Positions 51,880 to 64,000 of a stretch of DNA of 64,000 nt are shown in pieces (position 1 is the first letter of the stretch; each line of letters starts with the position of its first letter). Position numbers and translations under genes: made by a program. The notes under the pieces were generated by a model. It saw nothing but the letters and a program-made list of their open reading frames with translations, was not told the origin of the DNA and did not search any database. The stretch comes from Octopus sinensis (Eukaryota): the NCBI RefSeq assembly GCF_006345805.1, contig NC_043003.1:75950001-76014000 (forward strand), given 5' to 3'.

Positions 51880-52902
51880 TATATACGTATATATATATTC
51901 AATAGAGTCTCCGCCAGGACCTCATCACATTGAGTTCTACAGACGTTTTTTTTTTTCTGAATGATCTTAACATTTGATTAAAAATAAATAATAATAAATA
52001 TATAAAACGAATGAAGAATACTTACAAAAAATGAAGTGGGGGACGGGTTGAGCGTGTGTGCGCGGATCTGTTTGTGTGCATGTTTGTCCGTACGTGTGAA
52101 TGAGTGTGCATGCTGGAACGTCTTAAAGTCAGAAGCAAGTATTCTGTCATTTAGATGACATGTTAATGCATTCATTTGGTTCATGGTTCTGCGACATTAT
52201 TTTAAAACGAATTTCGAATGATTATTAAAAGTGAAAGCATTATTACGAAGTTTAGAAAGTAAAGCACGACATTTTCTATTCAAGGTCTATTCAGGATCGC
52301 GCTATTTCAATTATTTGTTCAAGACTCTACCTGTTTAACAAAGAGAAATATGTTTTAGAAAGGTATCACACAGAGATTGTGATGTATTCATATATAAACA
52401 GCAATTGTATTCGACACCACTGTGTATTTCTTGAATCTTTGCCTCTCCTGGGGCAGTGGCTGAAACAATTACAACGACTGGATTGCGATAGAAAACAACT
52501 ATGCATGATATATCCCGCTTCTCCTACGATACAAAACACACTGGAAATGTTTGCGTTCTTGCGATGTATGGTAATGTCTCAGAGATATAGCTTACCTGAT
52601 TTAAAATCCTGCGCACAAATGACGCCTACCCCAGCACACGAACAGCACACGAAGAGAATTGGATTGTACAAAATCCAATTCTCTTTTTAAAAATATTTAG
52701 CTATGACGCAGTCCTCAGATTAGGATTAGTTTACTAACTCCACGAAAGAAAGCAACAAATTGAATTTACAATTTATGCACACGCTAACCCGTGTGTATGT
52801 GTTTATATATATACACACGCCTACATATATATACGTATATACAGGTATATATATATATAAATATATATATATATTATATATATATATTATATATATATAC
52901 AC

Positions 52903-52950
<48 letters not shown>

Positions 52951-53579
52951 TTATACACACAAACACACGTATATATATAAATATATGAGTATTTATGTAT
53001 GAATGTGCATATACATGAACACACATACACCTACGAGTGTGTGTTTATGTGTGAGCGTTTCTGTATATTTCTGTTTCTCCTCAAGATGTGAACACCTCAC
53101 TCCAGCTGAGTTTGTATAACATAAGTGTGAAAACATCTTTATTTAGACGTAAAATATAAAATAAACACAAACAACTGGAAATATATTTTCTTCCTTCATT
53201 CCTCATAGATGTTTTCACTGAAATACACCAACACTCCTAATTATCTCCTTGAATATCATTCCTGACAAATTCTAATGATATTGCGACGATAAGCAATCAG
53301 CTGTTCGTCCCTACTTCTTCACAGCACTTCCACACTACACAAAATTAAAGGCTACAAGAGATTTCATATTATGTATTCTAACTTATTTGAGCAGGTGATT
53401 ATTTTAAGCTAAATCTTTAGTTCGAATCATATATCCAAGTGTCGACAACACCAAGCTTATTATGCTACTTGCAGTTGTATATTTTTCGTTATCAAATATA
53501 TAAATGTAATTTTATTTATAATGAATTTGGTGTTAGACTACAAACATCACTTTTTCAGTGTTTTGTCAATAATAACAGT

Positions 53580-54130
53580 AATTTAAGATTTTGGCGCAAG
53601 GCCAACAATTTCGAGGTGTGGGTAAGTCGATTACATCAACCTCGGAAAGGATGAAATTGAACTCGTACGTAAATACAGGCAAAATGCTTCTTTGCATGCC
53701 TCTTTGCATTTTGCCTGGTATGCTAATGTTTCGGCCAGCACGCCGCGTTAGTGTTAATGATAATGTTAGTTTCAAATTTTAACACAATACCTGCAAGTTC
53801 GAGTGTGTCGACCCCAGTATTCGAATAGTACTTATTTTGTCCACCCAGAAAGGATGAAAATCAAAGTTGATCTCGGTGGTATTGGAACTCAGAACGTAAA
53901 ATCGGGAAAAATACCGCCAAGTAATTCTTCTTAACGTATTCGCCATCTCGCCACCTCCTGTCAGTAATAATATTGTTTTCAAATTTTGTCACAAGGTCCG
54001 AAAGTTTTGGGGAAGGGAATAAGTCGATTACTACGGTCCTAATGCTCAAGAGGTACTTATTGTATTGGCTTCGAAAGAATGTTCTTTTAAGTCGACAAAA
54101 TTGTCCTCGGCGTAATTTGAACTCAGAACG
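53580..54130 (-). mobile_element. Old tandem SINE family A remnants
   Basis: Repeated gaaaggatgaaa / gaactcagaacg motifs. Confidence 0.7.
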
Positions 54131-54313
54131 TTTATATTAATTCAAAGGATTTTGGAAGGATCAAGAGGTGTGTTTATTTGACACTACCAATTACATACAT
54201 TACTCTCTCTCCCTCACATTCTCACTCTTTCTCTCTTTCTCTCTCCCCTGTCTCTTTCACTTTCTCTCTCTCCATTTTTGTCTCCCCTCTCTCTTTCTCT
54301 TTCTCTCTCTATT

Positions 54314-54350
<37 letters not shown>

Positions 54351-54506
54351 TTGTATAATATAACATTAATGTGTGCTGCAGGTTGCAATATAAACCGTTT
54401 AGGCAAAATTTAGTTGTCACTAACTATGACTGTGTGTGCTACAAGCAGATATATTGCTAGAAATAAGAGTTAAACTACCCAAAGACGCATAAAGGCATAT
54501 TTATAT

Positions 54507-54605
54507 ATACTGACAGGATAGATAACTGTCCCATGAGTAAAGCAATGCTAGAACACTGAACTGTACAGTTTCATATAATGGGGCAGTTATCTACCGTGTC
54601 AGTAT
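54507..54605. repeat. 28-bp imperfect inverted repeat with internal 12-bp palindrome
   Basis: atactgacaggatagataactgtcccat / atggggcagttatctaccgtgtcagtat; aactgtacagtt in the loop. Confidence 0.85.
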
Positions 54606-54894
54606 TTATATAATTTTGTAAGTTAAGAGATGATGGTAACAACTAGCGCAACACAGAATCAATCAGAGTTTGTTCTAATCGTAGATGTTTGGCTATTTAA
54701 TCTTCATCATTAACAACCGCAGCTTTACTCTCAAATATCAAAGGACTGAGATGCCAGTGCAACATACATTTCACTTCGAACCGAAGTCAACTACTTCTTG
54801 ATGTGATGAATATTAGCACCGTTCTCACCATATAATTCATTCCGTTCAAATTCTTTATTCTTTCGATTTTTATTTATTCATTTACTCTTTTTCT

Positions 54895-55240
54895 TATTTC
54901 AGTCATTTGACTGTGGCCATGCTGGAGCACCACAGTGCAGGGCTTTTAGTCGAACAAACTGACCGCAAGACGTTTTGTAAGTGTAGTACTTATACTATCG
55001 TTCATTTTTGCCGAACCGCCATGTTACATGGACGCAAGCGCACCAACACCGGTTGTCAAGCTGACACAGAAACACACATACATATATTTACATATGTTTC
55101 ACTTTCTGTCTACCAAATCCACTCACAAGGCTTTCGTCGGGCCGAAGCTATATTAAAAGACACATGCCCAAGCCGCCATGTAGTGTGACTGAACCCGGAA
55201 CCATGTGATTGGAAAGCAAGCTTCTTACCACACAGCCGTG
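54895..55240 (-). mobile_element. SINE family C
   Basis: gactgaacccggaaccatgtgattggaaagcaagcttcttaccacacagcc head; tail at 54900-54935. Confidence 0.88.
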
Positions 55241-57579
55241 TTTTTGCTGAATTATTTTAAATTATGCTTTGTCGATTCATTCTTTAATTACTATTTTCTA
55301 TTATGTTATGTTGTATTTTGCATTTAACACTTGTTCATAATTTGGTAATATTATAACAACGGTCGAAATAATTGAATTTTTAGACGACTGCAATAATTGA
55401 CTATTGCTGTTATAAGTATTTTGAAAACTGCTATCTCTAATAGTACTAGAGCTAGGGGTTTTACAGAATCAACGCTTTCTTTAAATTGAGCAAATTGCTG
55501 CATCATTCTCTTTGCATTATTTTACTTCATTTCAAATTCTACTGACAGAACTAATTTTCAAGATAAAAAAAAAAACAGCTCGTACGTCTAGAAAAATTTG
55601 TTTAAACTACCTACTTCTCGGTTCATCTTGAGTTATCTCAAATCTTAATTTCTAATTAAGAAACTTTGTAAAATTAAATCAGCTGATATCAAGGTTAGTA
55701 GATTATATGTAAAAAAAAAAAAAGATGCTCACAGAAGCTTCTATATAACCAAGTTCCTACCCTTACCACACCATAATATTTGCCGATGTCTCTAGCTCGA
55801 AAAGCAGTTCACTAGTTGCGTTCTATTTGGCCATTAATAAATTTACAATCTTCTTGAATGTCTAGCGATTCGTATATTAGACCATTCAGTTATCAAAAAC
55901 TCTTCGGACAAAGCATTCCGTACTATCAATGTGTTCTCTGTGGATATCGCATCTGTGAAAGTGTGACTCTACAATCCTAACAACCAGAGTGACATTACCT
56001 CACCGGAATCATACATTATTTTGTCCAACTGTTTTAGCTGTTAAAACCAAGTTCTTGAGAAACCCTTATACCAGCAAGCTTTGATAGCCTACCAGCATCA
56101 AGTTAAGTTCTTTTACTATTGACGTCAGTTGGATGGAATTGAAAAGAAAACGCAACGGTTGTATTTGAAAAAAATTAAGCATGTATATTGCACCTTTCTC
56201 TTAACAATTCATATATATATAGAGATAGATAAACCTTCGAGGTAGAATCTGATCTCCATCTGATACTGGATGTCTATGACTGAGGAGTTTTAAGTGGAAT
56301 TGTGCTGATGCACAACACAACGTTACATGCACGACTTAAAAGGAAGTCATTGAGTGGAAAAATTAATTGACAAGAAAAGTCATCTGTGTCGAGTTGGAAA
56401 CTTCTGTTCAACAGCGGCTGGCCCCGCTTATAGAACAGAGGTTTAGCTGACCGGTGCTTATTCAACCTCTTGTTATCTTTACAGTCTAATCAGTGTCTGC
56501 CGTGATGCCGCAGGTTCTGAACCAAATTATTTCATGCATTATTCATGATGGCAATGATTGATTTGAGTGAGTTTCACTGTTATTTTTGTATGTTGTATGA
56601 TGGTATAAAGGATTCTACTTAAGATGGTTTGGCTACTTTAAAGATAAATATCATGAGCGAGCATATAAATCACTTGTGTCGACAGGATCCGAACTACAAA
56701 CACACAGCTGTTTTTCCCTTTCGGCTATTAGCAATCTTACAGAAGTAAAATATATAATACCATATACAGAAATTTCACAGCATCATCTTTCATTGTTCTG
56801 TGTTCTTTGCAATTCTACAGAACGATTTATAACCCACACAGTAGAATAGTTTCAATTTCCTCCGCATCAATTTCAATAGTATCGGTGTTGATTAAGAATA
56901 ATTGAAGAAATACGTCGCCAAAGCCAGTGTAATACAAAGATTAGAAATAATATTATACTTCAGTAGATGAATCATTTGAGAAGCTAGTATTTACTAAAGA
57001 CTGAGCTCGCTATCTTTTCGGCTAAATGATTTTATTGCTTAATAGCGCTTTAAAATATTTGATATTGTTTTGTTTTTTTATCGCATTCTCTCTCCTTTTT
57101 TTCTTCTCTCTGCTTGGGGAGGTGAGTTTAGAGATAAGCAGAAGACTGCTTGCTTTTCTGTTTTTTATTATTTGATTTCGCCGTTCTTTTGATTATAATG
57201 TAAATGTTAAATACTATCAGCGTTAAAAACCACCGCTTGAACAATTGATAAGCGAGAGGTGCAATATTTTGTTCGGTTGTTTATTACATTTTCACTACTT
57301 GTATTTAGCTAGTAGCAACTGTTCTCTATTAAAGCAAATAACACTAGCAGATATGCGATTATGTGCTGATCGATCTGCCGAGGATTGGCACGTATTACAC
57401 TCTCTATTGTAGATAGAAATACACCAGCACGGGGTTTCTCATACGTACAAATTTTTCATATAGAATTGGTCCATTTACTTATTCTAAATCCCTCCCTCTC
57501 TGTAGTCTTCAGTTTCTTTTTTCTTTCTTAGGAACAGACTCTCTTCAGATCTCTTTCCTTTTCTCCCTTTCACTTGAAT

Positions 57580-57650
57580 ACACACACACACAACACACAC
57601 ACACACAAAACACACACACACACACACACAGACACACACATAAAGAGATG

Positions 57651-57688
<38 letters not shown>

Positions 57689-57759
57689 CAGACATACACT
57701 TCTAGACAAACACACACACGCATACACGGATACACGAAATGTACCTTCGTACATGCGCG

Positions 57760-57810
<51 letters not shown>

Positions 57811-58186
57811 AATGAGAGGGGGAGGGGAAAAGAGAACGAGAGAGACAGATGATGTGTATATAGATATGTATGAATGCGTGTATATAATTATATCAATATG
57901 CATATATGAGTATAAATATATGTGTGTATAAGTGCTTGTGCGCGTGTGCATATGTTTGTGTGTGTGTGTGTGTGTGTGTTGTGTGTGCGCGCACGTGGGC
58001 CTGCGTGTGTTTGTGTGTGTGTGAATATACGAGTGAGTGCACAAAGGAGAGTCATATGTATTATCTAAAACAGTTTGATTCGGTTCCATGCGAAACTTTA
58101 AGCTGCTTGGGTCCTAATCAAACTGTTTTAAATAACAATATATGTAAATATACATGTTACTGTATGTGTATGTATATGTATATATA

Positions 58187-58217
<31 letters not shown>

Positions 58218-58241
58218 CATATTATATATTATATATATATC

Positions 58242-58278
<37 letters not shown>

Positions 58279-58403
58279 ATATATTATATATAATATGTAT
58301 ATATATATGTATATATATATATATATATGTATATATATAATGTATATATATATAATATGTATATATATAATATGTATATATATTTATATATATATATATA
58401 TAT

Positions 58404-58436
<33 letters not shown>

Positions 58437-58460
58437 CATATATATATATATGTGTGTGTA
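57580..58460. repeat. (CA)n/(GATA)n/(TA)n/(TG)n microsatellite cluster
   Basis: Direct reading. Confidence 0.9.
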
Positions 58461-59082
58461 AAAGCATATATAGACATACATATAGGCATATATTCTTCAC
58501 ACAAGTTCATATTCGCACACGCACACACATACATTTTTTTCTTTTCCCTACACTTATTCTTCCACTTCTAATATGCTCACTTCACACTATTGTTGATGTA
58601 TCGATCAGGCTTAAAGCTACCTTTGAAATAAGTTTTGTTTCATTTTTTTTTTACGTACCCATTCTGTACTTCTTCTATATTCCTTATCAGGAACGTTTCA
58701 GACCAGTAAGAGGAAGCGATTCATCCCATACATGTTAGGTTTATGCAGCGTAGCAGAAAAAAAGCGCTTTAAATTTTCAAAGTATTTTTTCAAGTATCTG
58801 AAAACATGTTGAAAACGTCGGCTTTAGGAAGTAGAATGAGATACGAAAATTCAAGTAGCCAGGTGAATTTGGGATTAAATTCCCATTATTCTGAGGTTCT
58901 TTATCTCTGCTCACAGGTGTCCTGGGATCGGCAAGGAAATCCTGCAAGCAACAATTCTTATAGATATTGTTACACTTATATAAAAGTATTCGCTATTTTT
59001 TCCACATAAATTCCATACAAAATTTAGGTGAAAACAAATAATAAATTTTTTAAGTGTGTGCATGTGAGTAACGCTGAAAATA

Positions 59083-59230
59083 GGGGTAGAGGTGGGATAT
59101 GTGGGTAGGCAGAGGGTGTGGGTAGCGGTGGTGTATGTGAGAGTTGGTGTAAGTGGTGGGGTGGGGTGCGATGGGATGGGATGGATAGGGAAAGTGAGGT
59201 TGGATTGTGTAGGGGTGAGTGGGGTAAGGT
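59083..59230 (+). other. G-rich tract with a canonical G-quadruplex motif at 59158-59180
   Basis: GGGG-T-GGGG-TGCGAT-GGG-AT-GGG plus further G3 runs. Confidence 0.7.
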
Positions 59231-59249
59231 GCGTACAGGTTTGGCTTTG

Positions 59250-59650
59250 TGGTAGGAAGCATGCTTCCGAACTAAGTTTTTCTGGAAGCTTTAGTCCCAT
59301 TGCCTGCTGCCTTGGGCAAATGTTGTCTACTATAGCCTAGGGCCGACCAAAACCTTGTAATTGGATTTAGGTGACGGAAACTGAAAGAAGCTCGCCGTAT
59401 ATAAATGCATATATCTGTGTGTGTGAGTAGGTGTGTGTTTGTGTCTATGTTTGTACCTCATCACCGCCTAACAACTAATGCTGGTGCCTTTACGTCCCCG
59501 CAAACTAGCGGTTCAACAAAGGTTTCAAAACAGAAACTAACTGAATAAGTACTAGGCTTTAAAAAGTCTTGGAGTCGATTTGTTCGACTAAAACCTGTCA
59601 TGGCGGTGCTCCTGCATGGCCGCAGTCAAATGACTGTACCAAGTAAAAGA
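59250..59650 (+). mobile_element. SINE family C
   Basis: ggctttgtggtaggaagcatgcttcc head; ggcggtgctcctgcatggccgcagtcaaatgactg tail. Confidence 0.85.
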
Positions 59651-60939
59651 ATACAAATATATATGTGTGTGTGTGTGTGTGAGCGTGTGTGCGTAAGCGT
59701 GTGTATGTGTGTCTGTGTTTGTCTATCTATCTGTATGTTTCTTTGCATATGCTAATCTACAAACGCAGCCCGTAATCTGTAGCCTGGCCAAATAACGGCA
59801 ATTGGAGTTGTTACACATTTAGTGATCACTTATCTTCTGCTGGAATTAGTTGAAAGTGGCAGTTCAAAGGTATTGCTATCAGTTGTGATTCTTGCCTCAA
59901 TATAAGCTCATTTAGAATTTTAGACTTTAGCCTGACCTCTAGCAGTTCAATATGTAAATCCACACGCTATACTCTACTATGTCTTTGGTAGGACATTCAA
60001 ATTCTTTGTTCTTATGAGGCCTACATTATTGTCGCATCTTGTTCGAAATGTGATTCTGCAGACAGGAACTGTCGCACTAAGCAATGTGTCCTGTTTCCGT
60101 ATTAATGTAATTTTGAATGCGAAATGTCGGTGGAAAAACTGTCCGACGAAGGGAACGTGAAACTCTGAGTAGCAGTTTTTGTGGTATTTTTGGTGCATTT
60201 TAATAAAATATATCAGTCAACCTCTGGTATTCGAGTACTATTTTTTCCACCTTGTTTCGCATTTATGTGCTTATTCTGCTATGTATATGTGTATGCATGT
60301 ATATATACACTGACGCAAAGCTGTTTAATTACATCAGGACGAATTTAGCGTGGTGTTGTGAACATTGATGCACAATAATTTTTCTTGTATGTGCTCTCAT
60401 CCATTTATTTATATAATTTTTCAGTAATCATGTACACAGACGTAGCCACACATGTATATGCACGCGTACACATTTATGGACGTGTTTGTATTCACGGAAT
60501 ATCACATTTGCTTATGTTCGCTTAACATTTTCACACAGCTTGCTTACCATTTCGAGAAATGTGTCTTTACACACCTTTTCTATCTCATCCATCTTAACCA
60601 ATTATATTCACAACTTTCAGTCTAACTGCAGATGATTCAACTGATGTAACACCTTCGTGAAAATGGAAGAAGAGACATCATATGGTGTCTGTAAAACTTC
60701 TAATTTCACTCAAAGTATCTCACATTTGTTTATTTTCGCTTTGTCTTTGACTTGTTCCAAATTTGTTCGTTTAGTTTTTATCATGTTTCAAAGCTCTACA
60801 TAATATCCATTTCTTACGCATTGGTATCTGTGCTTTAGAAAATAAGAGCAAAATCATGTACGAACTGCAATAACATCATCCGCTTTGTTATTGCCACTGC
60901 GTATTTCCCTGGTCACACGAATGCATTTTACCCCCTTTT

Positions 60940-61700
60940 GTACATTTCCAATTCGATTTTATTTTTTTTGTCCTCTTTGTCACTACATCTAAAGACACCT
61001 AGTTATCTAGACTACACTTCCCTTCATTCAATTCGAAATTTATGCAACCATGCAACATCCACAATCTATACACGCGCTAATCTAAAAACTGTGACCTTTA
61101 GTGTATCCTTCATTGGCGAAATGGCATTTCTTTTAAGTGCAAAATCAGAGCAAATTTTTTATAGCCCAAAACACGCCTGCTCCTAACAAATAGCCCTCAC
61201 AATCACCGAGAATGACACTTTTGGTAAATGCCAAAAACTGGGTCGACACTTTAAGATACACGATATTTCTGCGCCAACCACCAATTACTGCAGATATTAT
61301 ACCAAGATATTGTACGAAATTCAAGTAAGGCCCACGTAACTTACTGCTTTCGTCCCTATGATTTTGCTATTATAATCCCCTTCCCTCTGCGCACAATAAA
61401 CACATATCCTGGCCGCTTTCTGAACATGTGAGTTCATTTACTTCGTGTTCAATGATTCACTATCAAGCTTCAGCTCCCGACTTATTTTTCCTATCGCCAG
61501 AATAATTGCTTATTTTTCTCCGAGACGGCTGTTTTCGTATCCTTAACTGTCTCCCCTCCCTATTCATGTACCACATCTCATCAATCAGTGTGTCCGTCCC
61601 TCACGACGCAGCAATAACCACTCTGTCCCGTTTTTCACCCAAAGTTGTATGGGCTGTAGAATAGTTTTCAACGCATTCTTTTCCGCAAGAGTTGATCTCC
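60940..61700 (-). mobile_element. Possible second, older Tx1-like LINE 3' relic
   Basis: FLAFTKSVIL...LHLKRN loosely parallels the relic at 3900-4770. Confidence 0.35.
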
Positions 61701-61849
61701 AGTAAATTAATAGAAAATTGAAACCATCAAACTCATTTAAATGCAAAGATCATGGGCAAATGAGTAATGCCTTTCTAAACTACATATACATAGACATGCA
61801 GTAAGTAAATAGACATCTTTAATTTTCAAAATCTTTTATTCAATACGCA

Positions 61850-62930
61850 AACCGAACAATTGAAATGTAATCGGTGGGAAAGACTACGTACTTTAGTATT
61901 TAGTTGACATTGCTTTGCATTTTTTACTTCAGAAACTGTTTTTTGGCATTGAACTGATGAGCTTTGTGATTGTCTATTTTGGAATTTCCGCCCACTTTTC
62001 ACGCAACGATCGAAACAATTCATCATTAAATTTAGGTTTCTGTCAAGTTTTCGTATAGCTCTATCTAGTATGCTCCAAAGATTTTCAATTCGGTTAATGA
62101 CAGGAGGTTGGCTCAGTCAAGGAAGCTTGTTGATCCCATTTTCAGTCAGTCATTGTTGATTCATTTTCGCTCTGTGGCATGGAGCCCCATCTTCCGTGAA
62201 TAAAAACTCATTTTTTATTATGTTATCGGTTGAATACATCGGAAGTAGTTCTTGCTTAAGTATTTCGATGTATTTTTCAGAGTTTATGGTTCTAACACAT
62301 TCGATCAGCTCAGAGCGACCATTGCTGGTGACAGCTCTCCATGCCATTACAGAGATACCGCCATATTTGACAGATGGTTGGAGTCGTTTCAAATCAAATT
62401 CTTGATTGGAAAGCCTCCAGACCCAAACACGTCCACTGCCTGAAAATGATGCAAACCTGGATTCATCTGAGAAAATCACTCTATCCCAAAATAAACTGGA
62501 TTTTTCTGGCATCTCCTTAGCCCATTTCTTTCTTTTTATGATATTAACTGATTGAAGGAGTGGTTTTCTTCTAGCTGCTCGTCCATAATACCCAAGCTTA
62601 TGCAGATATGTAACACACATTCTTGGACTATTTTCTAGCTGTCTTGCAATGTCAGAAGCCTTCGAACGGAGTTCGTTTTGCACAATTCTCTTCAAACAGC
62701 GACGCTTCTTTTCCGAGGGACCAGGCCGGCCGGGACGAGAATCTGTTGATTCTTTTCCTTGGTTTTCGAATTGCACTATAATTGTATTAACAGTATAAAG
62801 AGGAATTTGAAGATTTTCGACAATTTTTCGCTGGTTAAGACCAGCCTCAGCTGGTATATACACATATATATGCTCTGGGCGGCATTGAGGCGACTGTACA
62901 CAGCTACCGGCCCACAGTCGACGCATGACG
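61850..62930 (-). mobile_element. Tc1 (DD34E-type) transposase relic; ORF 62150-62926
   Basis: GRP HTH linker, AARRKPLL, WDRVIFSDESRF, FTEDGAPCH, then (S)QPPVINRIENLW after a stop. Confidence 0.93.
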
Positions 62931-62950
62931 TTTGTGTCACTGCAACAGAA

Positions 62951-63013
62951 GGCTCGGCTCGGCCCGGTTCAGCTCGTCTCGGCTCGGCTCGGCTCGGCTT
63001 GGCCTGGCTTGGC
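62951..63013. repeat. (GGCTC)n pentanucleotide tract
   Basis: Direct reading. Confidence 0.9.
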
Positions 63014-64000
63014 AAGAAAGAAAGAAAGAAATTATATATAGAGAACTATAGCGCGAAGGCAGCATAAAAGAACAACCCTTCCTCAGTTGTTGGCAGTTTT
63101 ACCTACTCTGCATTGCAACGAGATGCGTCTTCGTCAAAGCAATTGTTCCCCCAAAGCAAATTAAATAAAATTTGAGATACGTGGAACGTCAAAGCTGCTA
63201 ACAAAAACAGGACAGTGAAAAAATTCGGTAAGGGCTGTTTAACCCTAACGCGGTGAACTGGTGAACGCTGGAGAAAGAAAGCTTTGTCAAGAGACATACA
63301 AGAATGCGTCTTATAATTATAAGCTGAACGAGAAGAAAAAGAATTACATTTAGAAATAGTGATCTATAATTATTGAGGACAGAATTTCAGTTAGAAATAG
63401 AGAACTATAAATATTGAATTATACATAAAGTGGTGGCTTACATTCGGAGCTTCCAATTTCTCTGTAAAATATAAGATAATCGCAAAATCATCGCACATCT
63501 TACCATCGATTACAAACACCGGTGGAAGATAAAAGTTCCAGAGGATATTCTTGTTCTTTCGTTCGTACAAGGATCGTATTATGTTTCGGCTTAAAATAAA
63601 TTATAGATACAAATATAATGTATAGAAATATATAAAAACCAGAATAGAAAATAAACGTCTTAGGCATATAAAATGAGATAACGAGATATCAATGTGTTTT
63701 AAACTTGAAACCTACTAGAATATCATAGATTATATATGTCAAGTCATGCAATCAGTTCTGTCCAATTTTACCTTTTTTTAGATTTGAATGGAATTTAGTA
63801 GTATTTTCAAAAGTCTAATCCAATTAAAAAAAAAATTTATACATTTGTGTACGTTTAAACTAATTCAATATTGTTTTACAAAATAATTGACGATGTCCAC
63901 AAAGTCTGCGTACATGGGGATTAACACATACTTTTAAAACAAAACAATTTTATTTAATTATAATGTTAATAAATAATATTTTCAAAGTGATTTCCATCAT

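Noticed and set aside
57115-57127. Perfect plus-strand donor GAG|GTGAGT
   Set aside because: No acceptor, ORF or partner exon; expected by chance in 64 kb
59977-60198. 73-aa ORF in unique DNA (also 52379-52690, 56274-56465 and 2278-2517)
   Set aside because: No recognisable domain or splice context; lengths are compatible with chance
60305-60355. Hammerhead-like CTGACGC...GACGAATT
   Set aside because: Core residues are mutated and the stems do not pair
15659-63013. Fanzor/TnpB cargo in the mariner, Tc1, maT or hAT relics
   Set aside because: No additional ORF or RuvC/zinc-finger motif series was seen by eye; a profile search was not possible
63160-63300. TWNV motif suggesting a LINE APE endonuclease start
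   Set aside because: A single short motif with no downstream endonuclease motifs

Overview
Eukaryotic, AT-rich, repeat-saturated genomic DNA with no intact host protein-coding gene that I can support. The microsatellite density and the tRNA-derived SINE families match what I recall from octopus (Octopus spp.) assemblies; that assignment comes from memory, not a search. Contents: many microsatellites; three SINE families; non-LTR retrotransposon relics (a near-full-length R4/Dong-like element in a (TAA)n tract, a second RLE-type 3' end, RTE, CR1/L2-group and Tx1-like pieces); two Penelope-like (PLE) RT/GIY-YIG fragments plus several solo PLE-type termini; and DNA transposon relics (mariner with both TIRs, Tc1, maT-like, hAT-like, Helitron, a MITE). 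The most interesting structures are: (1) a PLE whose 3' end carries a tRNA-like Pol III cassette followed by a hammerhead-type pLTR, with an apparently intact minimal hammerhead in the inverted copy; (2) many fold-back structures, namely a 142-bp near-perfect hairpin that folds inside a hammerhead half, a tandemly duplicated fold-back unit, and a ~2.7-kb-arm palindrome that could partly be an assembly artefact; (3) a possible decayed four-segment spliced gene at 0.65-1.8 kb. Most ORFs in the supplied track are microsatellite or antisense artefacts. Boundaries of old relics are approximate (tens of bp). No database searches or folding computations were run.
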